From positions 2,170,001 to 2,234,000 of the forward strand of contig VRMN01000001.1 of NCBI GenBank assembly GCA_008690995.1: a stretch of DNA of 64,000 bases, read 5' to 3'. The stretch is from Porphyridium purpureum. Its lineage: Eukaryota. Within the stretch, counting starts at the first letter, position 1, and every line of letters begins with the position of its first letter. Under the pieces are notes generated by a model. The model saw only the letters and a program-made list of their open reading frames with translations, searched no databases and was not told the DNA's origin. Position numbers and translations under genes: made by a program. Shown one piece after another: positions 20,294 through 31,253 of this stretch.

Positions 20294-21943
20294 TTAATCT
20301 TTATCGACAGCCCTCCCCTTCTTGCGCTTCTTTGAAAGCGCGTTTGGCTGTCCCATCCGCTGACCAAGTTCCGAGCTCAGCGTGCGAGGCGCGGAAACCA
20401 CAGACATCGTACCTTCAATTTGAGACGATGCAGTAGGCGCTGCTTGAGCGTTAATTTTTGCTCGCAGATCGGGTAACTGCGACAAACCTGGCGTCGGATG
20501 AGACCTCCCAGCCAAACGAGGTTGCGACACGGTTGCGTCAGGCCGTGTGGTCTGCGGCGTGGTTGTGTTGGATCGCCCCGCCATCCGTTGCATCATGGCC
20601 GGTGCCATAAAATTTCCGTGGGAAAGTACCGGCTGCGGGTAGCCGCCTGGTCCGAATATGACGTGATTTTGCGGTGCGCCAGCCGGCATACCCTTGAGCT
20701 GATTGATTGCGTTCGACCAACCGTTCTGCACCGGCCCTCCAACAAACTCATTGGGGAGGCTCTCACGTCCTTTGAGGTAGTTGACAAGATTCTTCAGTTT
20801 CTGTTGATGAGCAGTAGAGCCTTCAGGTGCCATTCTGGAAGCTCTGGCTAAATCGCAACGCTCCAAAGCCAGCTCAAATGGCGTCGGCTTACTCCGAGCG
20901 AGAATCATATTGTCCACTTCATCTGCTCGTCTGTACGGACACCGTTCCAGCGCGTGGGTGGATTCTCCGCAGTTGGGGCAGGCTGGTGAGCGACCCACTT
21001 CGTCGACAGAGCCCCTGGTCAAACACAAGAGATGATCTTCCTCGCCGCAGACAAAGCACTTCCGCAGGTACTCGTACTTCTTGAACGCGCGCAGGCGAGG
21101 AGGCCCGTCTAGCGTGCACATCCTGGCCAAATGGCCTAGCCTATGGCAGCGAGCACACCGAATACTCTTGGGACAATCCAGGCCTTTGTGCCCTTGAACT
21201 CCGCAGCTTACGCAGCCATATCTTACGATATCCTTGTCAAGGCGCGGTTCTACACAATCCCACTCAGAATGTCCTGTCATTCCGCAATTCTCACACACAT
21301 CCTCTTCAAAGTACCTCTTGTGTAGCTTCCGCTTCCGTTTCTTCGCATGATTTTCGTCCTTGTCCGGTGCTTCCTGCTCCTCCTCTTCGTCATCCGAGTC
21401 CGACGCTTCGTTAGAGGCAACGGCAGCACCCAACATCCCCCCTGCTGCCCGGTCAATTGCGAACATGCTGGATAGCAAGGCTGTGCTTTTCTCCACGACC
21501 AACTTTTTCACGTCCTCGACTCCCATGAGCGCTAGAGGAACGGCCCTCAGACTCGCCCGCTTAGCATGTTCCCGCGCGCGTGGTGCGTCAATCTCGCTTT
21601 CACTCTCTCCCTCATCGTGTTCGGCCGCGGAACTGGCACTACTCCTGCCGCGGCTGCTGTCGCCGGTGCTGGTGCTGCTGCTACTCCTACTACTTTGATC
21701 GCCATGATGCTCTTCGCCAGACGTAGCCACCGTCTTTGCCGAGTTTGCCGAGCGAGAATGATCCGAGAGCCCAGCCTCCCCATCCGCAGGCATCATGCTG
21801 AGCGGTTCTTCCCCGTTCTCGTCAAGTTCTAAACTCGGCCCGCCGCTTCGAGGCTGCGTCTCCCGGGGCGATGTGGACGACTTTGCGCGCGCTTTGTTAG
21901 TGCCGAGCATATAGAAGGCCCCGTCCACAGGACCCTTTCGCAT
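20294..21943 (-). CDS. Multi-CCHC zinc-knuckle protein (Air1/2 or ZCCHC7-like)
   Basis: About five CX2CX4HX4C knuckles after an acidic/basic disordered N-terminus. Confidence 0.75.
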   Translation of the reverse strand: MRKGPVDGAFYMLGTNKARAKSSTSPRETQPRSGGPSLELDENGEEPLSMMPADGEAGLSDHSRSANSAKTVATSGEEHHGDQSSRSSSSTSTGDSSRGRSSASSAAEHDEGESESEIDAPRAREHAKRASLRAVPLALMGVEDVKKLVVEKSTALLSSMFAIDRAAGGMLGAAVASNEASDSDDEEEEQEAPDKDENHAKKRKRKLHKRYFEEDVCENCGMTGHSEWDCVEPRLDKDIVRYGCVSCGVQGHKGLDCPKSIRCARCHRLGHLARMCTLDGPPRLRAFKKYEYLRKCFVCGEEDHLLCLTRGSVDEVGRSPACPNCGESTHALERCPYRRADEVDNMILARSKPTPFELALERCDLARASRMAPEGSTAHQQKLKNLVNYLKGRESLPNEFVGGPVQNGWSNAINQLKGMPAGAPQNHVIFGPGGYPQPVLSHGNFMAPAMMQRMAGRSNTTTPQTTRPDATVSQPRLAGRSHPTPGLSQLPDLRAKINAQAAPTASSQIEGTMSVVSAPRTLSSELGQRMGQPNALSKKRKKGRAVDKD

Positions 21944-22063
21944 CTTGGAAAGCCCCGCTCGGTCGAAACAACGAACAAAAGTGCGCGCGCCTGTACGGCT
22001 CTGAAAAGTTGCTGCAAGTGTAAAAAGTCAGGACCGCTAGCTTTACATTATCCTAATTTTAGT

Positions 22064-22309
22064 CTACCTCGTTGCCCGAGCTGTGTCCTTCAGGGGCGCG
22101 TGGTCCCGGATTCGACTCCTTCGACAACGAGCGGCTCGCGGGTCCTGTGTTCGCGGTCGCCCAACACGGAACTCTGCGAACGCACGCAAGTCGGCGTCTA
22201 TGCTGTATTCTCGCCTTACGAGCGCTTCAGAAATGCTGCCATCTTCTCTGATCATGGCTGCAGCAGGTGCCGGCGGGCTGAACATGAGGCTCATGCTTGG
22301 CTGCTTCAT
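22064..22309 (-). CDS. Small protein, paralog 1 (AEFR.GRPRTQDPRAAR motif)
   Basis: Shares a 30-codon block with 23006-23284, with 11 synonymous differences. Confidence 0.6.
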   Translation of the reverse strand: MKQPSMSLMFSPPAPAAAMIREDGSISEALVRREYSIDADLRAFAEFRVGRPRTQDPRAARCRRSRIRDHAPLKDTARATR

Positions 22310-23005
22310 CTTGTGACGCGGTACTCAGTCGACCTTCGTTTCTGACTTTTTCGACTGCCTTCTCCCTTCTCTCTGCCTCTACATTTCTCTCACCGACCCG
22401 TAACCAGCCAGTCGCGACACATTATATACTTCATTGGGGCGAATTCCAAGAGCGCGTCCGGCGACCCCACGCTTGAGGCACCGCGTGACGTTCTGACGTG
22501 CGGCTGTGGTGGGCCCGCTTTTCGGGTTACACGCGGAGCGCCGGGTGACGGTCAGTGAAGCGAGACTCCGGCCAGAGTCTTGCTTGAAAAGTGGAGCCAA
22601 TTGCCGTGTCACGCCGGCTGTTTGAGTCTGTCCGCGGTCAGCAATCCGTCTGTCCATCCGCGGTCAGCAGTCTCGCATCAGCATCACGTCCTTCACTGTA
22701 CCTGGTCAACCAGCACTGTACATCCGATGTCAGCATCCCGTGCGCAATGGCCTGTGGCTCCCGCTCGCTCAAGTCCGCGTCCCACACAAGAGCAGGCCAA
22801 TCTGCTCTTGTCTCGTGCCCTTGTGGACGTGCCAGGGCGGCAGGATGGACAGCTGAGCGCTATCAACATCACAGCTCCTTTGGTTTTCTGCGAAAGTTTC
22901 AGATGTATCCTGATCAAATGCTGCGGTTTATCAATTTTGTTGCTGTTGTTTCTGTACATCTAGAGCTTTTCCCTTAGAGATCTTCACAAACACCCTGCTA
23001 CGCAA

Positions 23006-23284
23006 TCACGTAAGATGCCTATGGACTATCTTGATTGGCGCATGGTCGCACATTTGACTTCTTCGGCGGCGAGCTGCTCGCGGGTCCTGCGTCCGCGGTC
23101 GCCCCGCGCGAAATTCGGCGCACAGAAGTTGCTGAGTGTCCTCCTCGCTATTTGCCCTCGACTCGAGCTGGTTGGATCTCTCGCGGTTACTTTTTGCAGT
23201 GCAGCTGTCGACCATGACTGTATTCAGGTTCATCTTGGCAGTCATATTTGCCTCGTCAAGATGTTGTAGCTTGTCATCCATCAT
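23006..23284 (-). CDS. Small protein, paralog 2 (AEFR.GRPRTQDPRAAR motif)
   Basis: As for paralog 1; first ATG at 23284 (MMDDKL...). Confidence 0.6.
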   Translation of the reverse strand: MMDDKLQHLDEANMTAKMNLNTVMVDSCTAKSNRERSNQLESRANSEEDTQQLLCAEFRAGRPRTQDPRAARRRRSQMCDHAPIKIVHRHLT

Positions 23285-23870
23285 TTCTCTTTGACGGTGT
23301 ATCCTTGATTGGCTTCTACTTTTCCAATCTGTGCTGTAGCTCGTGGCTGTATTTATGTGCACACCGCGCCGCGCGTGTCAATGTTTGACGCATGCAAAAC
23401 CCAAGAGTCTCACAAAATTTTCGGTACGGAAGAATATACAGGAGCGCGCATGCTCCAATGTCCCGCCGGTACGGAGTGCTGACGGCAAAGGAAACCTACC
23501 CAGTCCGTGTGCTGCATTGGCTGTGCTCGCCACATTCTTCAATATGTGGACGAAATGCGGCAATGACCTGGAAGAGGCGCGCGGCCCCCCGACGAAACAG
23601 GGTGACAGGGATGACAGATCCTGCTTTTTACGACAAGTCCATTCCCACCAGCAGAGACGTTGTAAACACAACGAGAAGGCACCCCAATCCGCCGCGGCCA
23701 TTGACGCGTCAGCCTTTCTCGGCAGAGGTCAGCTGCCCCCAACGTCCCTTCCGCTTGCAGACGCCAGGTTTCGCTGTACACCGCTCGGATTCAAACATAA
23801 TGGTCGCGCCACGTCTGCAGGTGTCGGAGTGGAAGGCGGCGCAGGTTTCAAAGCAACGGGAGCGCAAAGT

Positions 23871-24641
23871 ATGGAGGCGTTCGTTTCGACCAGCCAGGCA
23901 TGGGTAGCTGGTACTGCCCGACATAATCGCCAGGCCACCGTACCGCGCTCCAAGAACGCATGCGTTGAAAGGCAGGGTTGGCGGCGAACCCGCAGAAGCG
24001 TGGCATGCGCCGCAAACCGCGTGTCTGGCGTGGATCAGCTTCGCGACGGCCTCCTGGAGCTTGGCCGCCGTACGGCGCGCGGTGTTGATGTGTCGCGCAC
24101 GGACACGCAGATGCTGGACGAGATGGTGCGAAATCTGCTGGAGCTCCAATCCCGCTCTATAGGGCAGGGCGAGGATGACGTGGGCGCCGCACCCGACGAG
24201 GCGTTTGTGGGCCGCTGGGATCTGAAGATGAGCACAGAGACCGAGCTTGTTCGACTTATGCGCGGGTCGTGGCCGCTGGCGCCCGCTCAAGCCGTATACC
24301 AGGACGTGGAGTCTGTCCCGACAATCGAAGCGCCGCGCGCCAAGCTGACGAACGTCGTGGGATACGGCGCAAACCGCTCTTTGCGGGTGTCGGCGCAGTA
24401 CAGTGCAGAGCGCACGCCGGGATCGGTGCATGGCTGGCGGTGCCCGTTCGTTTTTGAGTCGACGACTATCGCGCTCGGCGCTGGGCGCAGTCTCTCGCTG
24501 CCCTTTGCGATAGGCCGCGGCTACTTTGATGTGCTGTACATGGACGCGCAGATGCGTGTGGACCGCGACAAGAACGGCTGGATTAATGTGTACACCTATG
24601 CCGGACCGATTGTGCCATGCTCGCGCGCCGTTTCTCGATGA
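23871..24641 (+). CDS. PAP/fibrillin-family plastid lipid-associated protein
   Basis: MEAFV transit-like start; GRWDLKMSTE, VYQDV, GYFDVLYMDAQMRVDRD. Confidence 0.8.
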   Translation: MEAFVSTSQAWVAGTARHNRQATVPRSKNACVERQGWRRTRRSVACAANRVSGVDQLRDGLLELGRRTARGVDVSRTDTQMLDEMVRNLLELQSRSIGQGEDDVGAAPDEAFVGRWDLKMSTETELVRLMRGSWPLAPAQAVYQDVESVPTIEAPRAKLTNVVGYGANRSLRVSAQYSAERTPGSVHGWRCPFVFESTTIALGAGRSLSLPFAIGRGYFDVLYMDAQMRVDRDKNGWINVYTYAGPIVPCSRAVSR

Positions 24642-25357
24642 TCGACCACTCAACACGACAGACGCCGACGAGCGATGATGGGATTCAGATTGACCTCATC
24701 GGTGTCCAGCTTTGAAGCGATGTACATTTGATATTTCACAAGAACAGGTGGCCTTTTGGTTATAAAGTGTTTCTTGCTTTTGCATGTGAATTAAGTTTGC
24801 GTGATGCAGACGACTTTGGCGCGGAGAGCCGTTCGACGGGAGCAACTCGGACTGCCTGTTGCTACGCTGGAGCCGTGCGTTGGGGCGGAGGCGACCAGAC
24901 ACGCAGCACGTGGGCCGCAACGGTCGCGGAATCTTTGGGGCACGTAGGCGACTCTACGCCACCTCCGAATAGGCGCGGACCACGACAGCCCTCTCCCTTC
25001 CCCAACGCTCAAAAGTCTCTTGCACCAGCCTCTTCTCCCAACTTTCGGCAGCCGCATGGTTGCTTCGATCGCACTGAACACTACCTCCGGCGCGGGGTTC
25101 AGCGCAACCTCACCTGGTCTCTGATACGGAACTGTACTTCGTGGGTACAGATGGTGTTCGTAAAGTGCGCACAGGAGAAAACGGCTTCGGGTGTTTTTTT
25201 ACGGATTTCCGGAGCGCGTAAACGTTCGGGACGACGAGGCGGTGATGTTTGGTTCGAGCGTGTGTGAGGGCGTGAGGTGGACAGAACGGTGGAGTAGGGC
25301 AAGAGGGCAAGACTGGGATTGCGCGGGGGAAGGAGGCGGGCGTGCATTGCTGTGGCC

Positions 25358-26551
25358 ATGATAGTGTGCGACACGGTGAGCGGGCTGCGGGACGCGCTGG
25401 ATCGGATACGGAACCGCACGCTGCGGGAAAAGCGCGCCGCGCGCGACGCTGCGGCAAACGCGAATGGCACTGCGGCAGCGTCCGAGCAGACGCCCGTCGA
25501 GCCGGGCTCGAGCGTGAGCGTCGGACTGGTGGCAACCATGGGGTATCTGCACGACGGCCACGCCGCATTGATCGCGCAGAGCCGCCACGAGAACGACGTC
25601 ACCGTCGGCACGATTTTCGTGAACCGCAAGCAGTTCGAGCGCGACGAGGACTTTGAGCTCTACCCGCGCGACCAGGAGCGCGACTGTGTATTGTTTGAGG
25701 TTAATGGCGCCGACGTGGTCTTTGCGCCGCACAGCCACGAGGAGCTGTATCCACAGGGGCACGAAACCACCATCAGTTGCCAGCTGCTTTCAAAACGGTC
25801 CGAGGGGAGAAACCGTCCGGGTCATTTTGACGGCGTCGCACTGATCGTCGCAAAGCTGTTCATCCTCATTCAGCCGCAAAACGCCTACTTTGGCGCGAAG
25901 GATGCACAACAGTGCGCGATTATCAAGAGAATGACAACCGACCTGAATTTCGCAACCAGGGTCAGAATCGTGGAAACAGTTCGTGACCCTTCGGATGGTC
26001 TTGCGCTGAGCTCGCGGAACGCAATGCTCACATCACACGAGCGCAAGTACGCAAATACACTCTACCGCAGCCTTTGTGCAGCGAGCGCGCGCATGCGCCT
26101 CTCCCTGTTGCACTTGGACAACGGGCGCTCGCTTGAATTTTTGCGCAGGCCCGAGGGTGCCAAGCGCGTCATGTATCGCATTTTGTCCGATTCACTCGAA
26201 GCGTCTGGATGTCACACACACATTGACGATGTAAGTGTAGTCAACCAGGACACGTTTGAGGTAATGGACGGGCACGACACAAAGTTTTCGTGCGCGCTGA
26301 TCCTAATCGCCGTGTACTTGGGCAAAGCGCGCCTGATTGATAACGTACGTGTAGACTTGGAAAGTCGAGACCAGCAGCCATCCCAGACCGAGGCTGATGT
26401 CATTGCCGGCTTCAAAATCGCGGACGGCAGCGAAGAAGAGATGAGTGTGTTGGTGGACGACTACTTGGTCTTGACATATGGGCTGGCGCGCCAACTGCGG
26501 GAAGATCAGAATAGAACGAAGCGGCAACGCCTTGAGACAACCAGCTCATAA
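25358..26551 (+). CDS. panC: Pantoate--beta-alanine ligase
   Basis: TMGYLHDGH, IFVNRKQF, RPGHFDGV, FGAKDAQQ, DGLALSSRN, ARLIDN. Confidence 0.93.
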   Translation: MIVCDTVSGLRDALDRIRNRTLREKRAARDAAANANGTAAASEQTPVEPGSSVSVGLVATMGYLHDGHAALIAQSRHENDVTVGTIFVNRKQFERDEDFELYPRDQERDCVLFEVNGADVVFAPHSHEELYPQGHETTISCQLLSKRSEGRNRPGHFDGVALIVAKLFILIQPQNAYFGAKDAQQCAIIKRMTTDLNFATRVRIVETVRDPSDGLALSSRNAMLTSHERKYANTLYRSLCAASARMRLSLLHLDNGRSLEFLRRPEGAKRVMYRILSDSLEASGCHTHIDDVSVVNQDTFEVMDGHDTKFSCALILIAVYLGKARLIDNVRVDLESRDQQPSQTEADVIAGFKIADGSEEEMSVLVDDYLVLTYGLARQLREDQNRTKRQRLETTSS

Positions 26552-26866
26552 CGGACCGGCGCTGCTTTTCGTGCTCGTTTGCGCTATAAGTAAAAGCGCG
26601 CCGGGCGACTTGTCATAATAGTGAAGGAAAAGAATCCTCTGGTAGCCACAGAAAGAAAGACACAGAAATAGTAGGTTCAAAAGGAAGTGAGCTAATCCGT
26701 GGAGGAAACCAGTTTTACTTTGAATTCGCGGTGAGGTAATTCACCGGCAACGCGGAGAAGGCACTCGCTTTGGTCTTCAAGAGACTCTTGAACCGTTGCA
26801 CAACAAACGAGCTCGCACATGATCATTTCTGCTCTTTCCGAGCACAACTCAGCTGCACTTTTGCTT

Positions 26867-29302
26867 TCACTTTCGCTTCACTGTGCCTAATTTGGGAGCT
26901 GCCGCACGGTTCCTGCTACGCTGAGAAGCACCTGTACCTGAAACCGCACCACCTGGTCCACCCAGTACTGCACCCCAATCGTCCTGCCCTGAAAAATGCT
27001 GTTGCCGAGAGCTCGGCCGCGTGGGCGTTGCCGCTGCGGCTTCTGCTAGTACTGTTGTTCCCGACGTCATTGGCGCAACTGCAGGCGCCGCAACGGAAAA
27101 ATCCCAATCATCGATGGGCGCCTTTTTCGCTGCTGAACCTAAGCCCATGCCATTGCTGGCGCCGGCATTTACTTGGGTTCCAAAGGTATCCGCCGAGGGA
27201 TCACCGCCCTTTCTGCCGCCCATAAAATCACCCCATCCTTCCTCATCCTCTTCGTCAGGCTGGGCACTGGGATCAGTTCCTGTATGCGACAAAGAAGCAG
27301 GGGCTACAGCCAAGCCACGACTGCTGGTGTCCCAGCTATCGGCACGCACACTGGTGGAACTCTGGTGGCCTCCAGATGTCAAAGATGATGAGCCAAAGCC
27401 ACTGTTGGACTGCCGCTGCGGAGACGCAATACTCCCCGCTTCTAATGCTGCTGTCGCTGCGGCCACTGGGGTCGCTGGGGTCGGCGCCGTCCGTCCGCTA
27501 CCGCCAGTACCAACGAGCTTGCCCGTGATGGCCGAAGAAAATGTTTGCAGCGCCCAGCCGCCTGAGGCTACCGCTCCTGTAGCTGGATTTGAGTTCGATT
27601 GTCCATCTTTGCTCGCATCGGCGCGCGCGTTGAGGCTTTTCACGTGTGCTTGGATGCGGGGTAAAAACTTCTCCACACATTCAAGTGCCGAGTTACGAAC
27701 ATTTGCAACCGGATCCACGATGAGTGGGCATACTGCTGGCAGCACACGTGCCGCCAGGTCGGGCGCATCAAGGTACTGCGTGCACTCCAGAAACGCGCAA
27801 AGTCCGGCATTTCTGGCCGGCGGAAAGGGGTCCTTCAGCGCACGGAGAAACGCGGACACGAGAACCTTCTTTCTGGTCGCATCGCTCATTTTGGGTGCCA
27901 GTTTCGAGAGGCACACTGTCGTGTTTGTGCGGATGGGTGCCTCAGGATCCAGCTGCAGCTTGGCAAAAAAGGACATCAGCTGCGTGTTCAAATTCCGATC
28001 ACTGAGCTTGTCCGCAAGGCACAAGATCGCCTTCACTGACATATCGCGCAACGCAGGAGACTGAATATCCGCAAAACCGGAGCAATGAGCAGGAAATATC
28101 GTCGTATTCACGTCCTCATCTGAGAAATACGGCGCGAATGACGACAGATTTGAGACAAGCTCCATGCGAATGGCTCGATCAAGCGCGGTGTTGCCGTACC
28201 ATTTTGTTACGTACGGGCGCACGACCTTATCACCAAAATCGGCTGCACTCAGTTTGTTTGACTCACCGAGACGGATCGCAGTCGTCAGCGATGCGACACC
28301 GGCCATGTTGATCGCCAGATTACTGTCTAAAATTGGCAACAGCTTGTACACGCAAAAGTCGTCCGGAAGACGAGCCACCACATTGGGGAGTTTGTTGAAG
28401 AATGCTTCCTTCTCGAACGTGTCTTTCAGAGCAAGATTTTCCAGAAATAAATTGAGCTCGACATACTTGCTGTGCGTCAGTGAATCCAGCTGCGACACCG
28501 CCTGCGCATTCAGGCGGTCGGGCGGAGACGAAGATAGTAGCTTTTGGTACACCGACTTGAAGATTTCCGGAACGCACTGGATGTTACGGAGCTGCTCAGG
28601 GGCTGTGAAAGGCTGCTCCGGCGCGCAATGTACAGCATAGATCACACAGCCAAGCGCCCAGGTGTCGACGCTAATCGTGGCTTGGTCGAAACTTCCGCGC
28701 ACCAGCTCCGGGGCCTTGTACTCGTTTCGCTGCACTGCGATCGTGTCCTTGAGCGCAAATGACGCCTGCGCAACGGTGCAAGTCGCCTCAAACCCAGCCA
28801 ACTTCCAGTCACCACCGCGCGTGACAAGGATGGTGTCTGGGTTGAATCGACCATGTATGCTCTGCGTTTGGTGGAGGAATGCCAACGCTCGCGAAATGCA
28901 CAGCACGCCCCACTGAATGGACTCATTCGTGAGCGTGTATTTGCTGCCTCCTTGACGGCTGTGGCCCGCCAAGAACGTGGACAGAGGAATGGCAAACTCG
29001 GTGGCGATCTGCACCGATCCGTCGGGACTCTCTTCCGCGCTAACAAACTTGAGTACATCTGGGTGGCGCAAAGTTTTGAGTCTTTGCAAGGCGTTCTTGG
29101 CCAGTCGAGAGCCATCGCTGCCGCCAACCTTGGACTTCGGTGCACTAAACGACCACAAAAGCACTTCTTGGTTCTTTTTCTCCTTATGCACGCCGCGACT
29201 TAGCTCCCACAGACGCAGCGGATCAGTTTGCGGAATGGATTCTTCGACGATGTACCCCAGGCCCGTCGTGGTCGAGCCAAACAAAGACGAAAAGTATTGC
29301 AT
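26867..29302 (-). CDS. SCY1-like pseudokinase with HEAT repeats (SCYL1/Cex1 family)
   Basis: LKTLRHP, GDWKLAGFE, DPEAPIRTNTTVCL, RALKDPFPPARNAG; low-complexity tail containing W-D motifs. Confidence 0.88.
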   Translation of the reverse strand: MQYFSSLFGSTTTGLGYIVEESIPQTDPLRLWELSRGVHKEKKNQEVLLWSFSAPKSKVGGSDGSRLAKNALQRLKTLRHPDVLKFVSAEESPDGSVQIATEFAIPLSTFLAGHSRQGGSKYTLTNESIQWGVLCISRALAFLHQTQSIHGRFNPDTILVTRGGDWKLAGFEATCTVAQASFALKDTIAVQRNEYKAPELVRGSFDQATISVDTWALGCVIYAVHCAPEQPFTAPEQLRNIQCVPEIFKSVYQKLLSSSPPDRLNAQAVSQLDSLTHSKYVELNLFLENLALKDTFEKEAFFNKLPNVVARLPDDFCVYKLLPILDSNLAINMAGVASLTTAIRLGESNKLSAADFGDKVVRPYVTKWYGNTALDRAIRMELVSNLSSFAPYFSDEDVNTTIFPAHCSGFADIQSPALRDMSVKAILCLADKLSDRNLNTQLMSFFAKLQLDPEAPIRTNTTVCLSKLAPKMSDATRKKVLVSAFLRALKDPFPPARNAGLCAFLECTQYLDAPDLAARVLPAVCPLIVDPVANVRNSALECVEKFLPRIQAHVKSLNARADASKDGQSNSNPATGAVASGGWALQTFSSAITGKLVGTGGSGRTAPTPATPVAAATAALEAGSIASPQRQSNSGFGSSSLTSGGHQSSTSVRADSWDTSSRGLAVAPASLSHTGTDPSAQPDEEDEEGWGDFMGGRKGGDPSADTFGTQVNAGASNGMGLGSAAKKAPIDDWDFSVAAPAVAPMTSGTTVLAEAAAATPTRPSSRQQHFSGQDDWGAVLGGPGGAVSGTGASQRSRNRAAAPKLGTVKRK

Positions 29303-29583
29303 GCCTCAGCACAAAGATGCTGCTCGCTTGACACGTGCCGCGCTCACGAATGCGCTCGCCTTCCTGCTTCTCAGACTCAAACCACGTCAGACGCTAGGGC
29401 GGGATCAAACCGACACCGCGCGCCACCGGGAAGCTGAGAAAGGTCGACCAATCGCGTGTGGCAGCGCCACCACCAAAAGTCCGAATCGTCGTTTGGGTTC
29501 GAGCAAAAAGGTTCCCCCTTCCCTCACCTAGTTGGTGTGCGTGCTGGCGTAGGGTTGTGTGAATCGCGAAGCGGGTCTCATCT

Positions 29584-31134
29584 TTATGGTTGTGTGCAGA
29601 TGTAGCAGCGGCCAGAGCCGACGCCACTGAGAACTAAATTACGTTTCGGATGCACGGCATTGACTGACATGACCGCGGTGATCAGCGGGTGAGAGTATCC
29701 GCCAACCTCCCAACTCAGTCTATACTCGGGCTTTGCAGCGTTGTCCTTCTCCGCAGAAAACACTTGCAGCGTGCGCTGGAGACTGCCGACGAGTAAGCTT
29801 TCCGAGTCAAAAAAGTCCACATTGAGAGGAGTCAGCCACCGCCCCGTCTGGTTGTTGTGCTTGATCGTGAACTGTGACGCATGCAGGTCAAAGGAGCTGC
29901 TAACCTTCCAGATGTGAATCAAGTCGTCAAAGCCAATTGACGCAACTTGTGTTCCACAAGGGGACCACTTCACGAAGCTCTGCACGCGGGAGCAGCAGTA
30001 CTCGCCTACTGGACCTGGAGGAGTCTTGGTCCGCTGCGATGGTTTTCCCCGCAGGAGGCGTCGATCCCACACTTTCACGGTAGCGTCCCGGTCGCTTGTG
30101 ACGAAATAGTTTTCGTCAGCAGGATTAACGTGGACTGTATGAACCTTCTTGCCCGGTAGAATACTGTACACTTCAGAGTCTGACGGGGTCCGCGGGTCAA
30201 AGAGGACCAGACGCCCGTAGCTGTCACTCGCCACCAGCTGCGAATTACTACTTGTGCGACCGGCACTGACTGCAGTGAAGGAAAAGCTCTGCAGATCATC
30301 CGATATATTCGCCCAAGGCGTTCTTCTGTCGCCACAAATGACATCGCTCACGGTTTCAGATTCTAGATCCAAGACCCGAATCAGACCATCGTAGCTACTC
30401 GTATACACGCGTTGCGTAGACTGACTGCAAGGAAGAATGCTTGTCACGGGAGCCGTGTGGAATTTGAATGTGCAAGCGGCGAGTCTGCTACTTTTGGATT
30501 TTTGAACGTCCCAGTTCCACACACCAACTTCCCCTTTCACCGACCCGGCAATACCGACAGCGCTATCACTTGCGAGAAAGGCCACCGAGTACGTCCTGTG
30601 GTCTAAGAGCTTTGCAACTTCCGTCTCGCTAGCAACATCCATGCCATCCCACTCTCTTTCAGAATGTTTCAACGGTGATTTTCGCGACAACTTGCTCCAC
30701 TTGCCAGCGAGGCATTCTACAATCCACTCGCGCAACTGTTCCTTCTCCTCGCTTTTGGCATCGATACGCGCGTCCGTGAATCCAGGCTGATCTCCGCGCA
30801 AGACGGATGTGAGCACCGCGTCACTGGTAATCGGCTCGGTCGCCGACGCGCGGAGTGGCTTTGTAGATACGGAGCTTTTAGACTCTGTGATAGCTTCGAG
30901 GTCCGTGGTGGCTGAAACTCCATTGCCCTCATCTTTCGCAGTGACGCCCTGCTGCCTCAAGGACCGCCGCAAGGGCTGCTCGGGCTCTGCAAGACGCTTC
31001 CTCTTTGCCGCCCCTGCCGACACCGGTTTCTTGAAAACTGTCGGAGCGGCCACGAGCGGCTCAATCTTGAGCTCTGCCAAGCGGCGCTTGTTCTCGAGCA
31101 AGCGCGCCTCGCGCAACTCTTCATAGCGTTCCAT
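29584..31134 (-). CDS. WD40 protein, WDR76/Cmr1-like
   Basis: YEELREARLLENKRRL and PLRRSLR at the N-terminus; TSSYDG, WD repeats, HNNQTGRWLT. Confidence 0.82.
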   Translation of the reverse strand: MERYEELREARLLENKRRLAELKIEPLVAAPTVFKKPVSAGAAKRKRLAEPEQPLRRSLRQQGVTAKDEGNGVSATTDLEAITESKSSVSTKPLRASATEPITSDAVLTSVLRGDQPGFTDARIDAKSEEKEQLREWIVECLAGKWSKLSRKSPLKHSEREWDGMDVASETEVAKLLDHRTYSVAFLASDSAVGIAGSVKGEVGVWNWDVQKSKSSRLAACTFKFHTAPVTSILPCSQSTQRVYTSSYDGLIRVLDLESETVSDVICGDRRTPWANISDDLQSFSFTAVSAGRTSSNSQLVASDSYGRLVLFDPRTPSDSEVYSILPGKKVHTVHVNPADENYFVTSDRDATVKVWDRRLLRGKPSQRTKTPPGPVGEYCCSRVQSFVKWSPCGTQVASIGFDDLIHIWKVSSSFDLHASQFTIKHNNQTGRWLTPLNVDFFDSESLLVGSLQRTLQVFSAEKDNAAKPEYRLSWEVGGYSHPLITAVMSVNAVHPKRNLVLSGVGSGRCYICTQP

Positions 31135-31253
31135 CTGGACGGACGGATTCCTTTGCACGATACCCACTCGCCACCAGGTCAGCGTGCGCCCTTTTATGCC
31201 ACACAAGCGCGAAAAGGAATTTCGTTTGGTCAGTAGGGTACAGTGCTTTGCCC

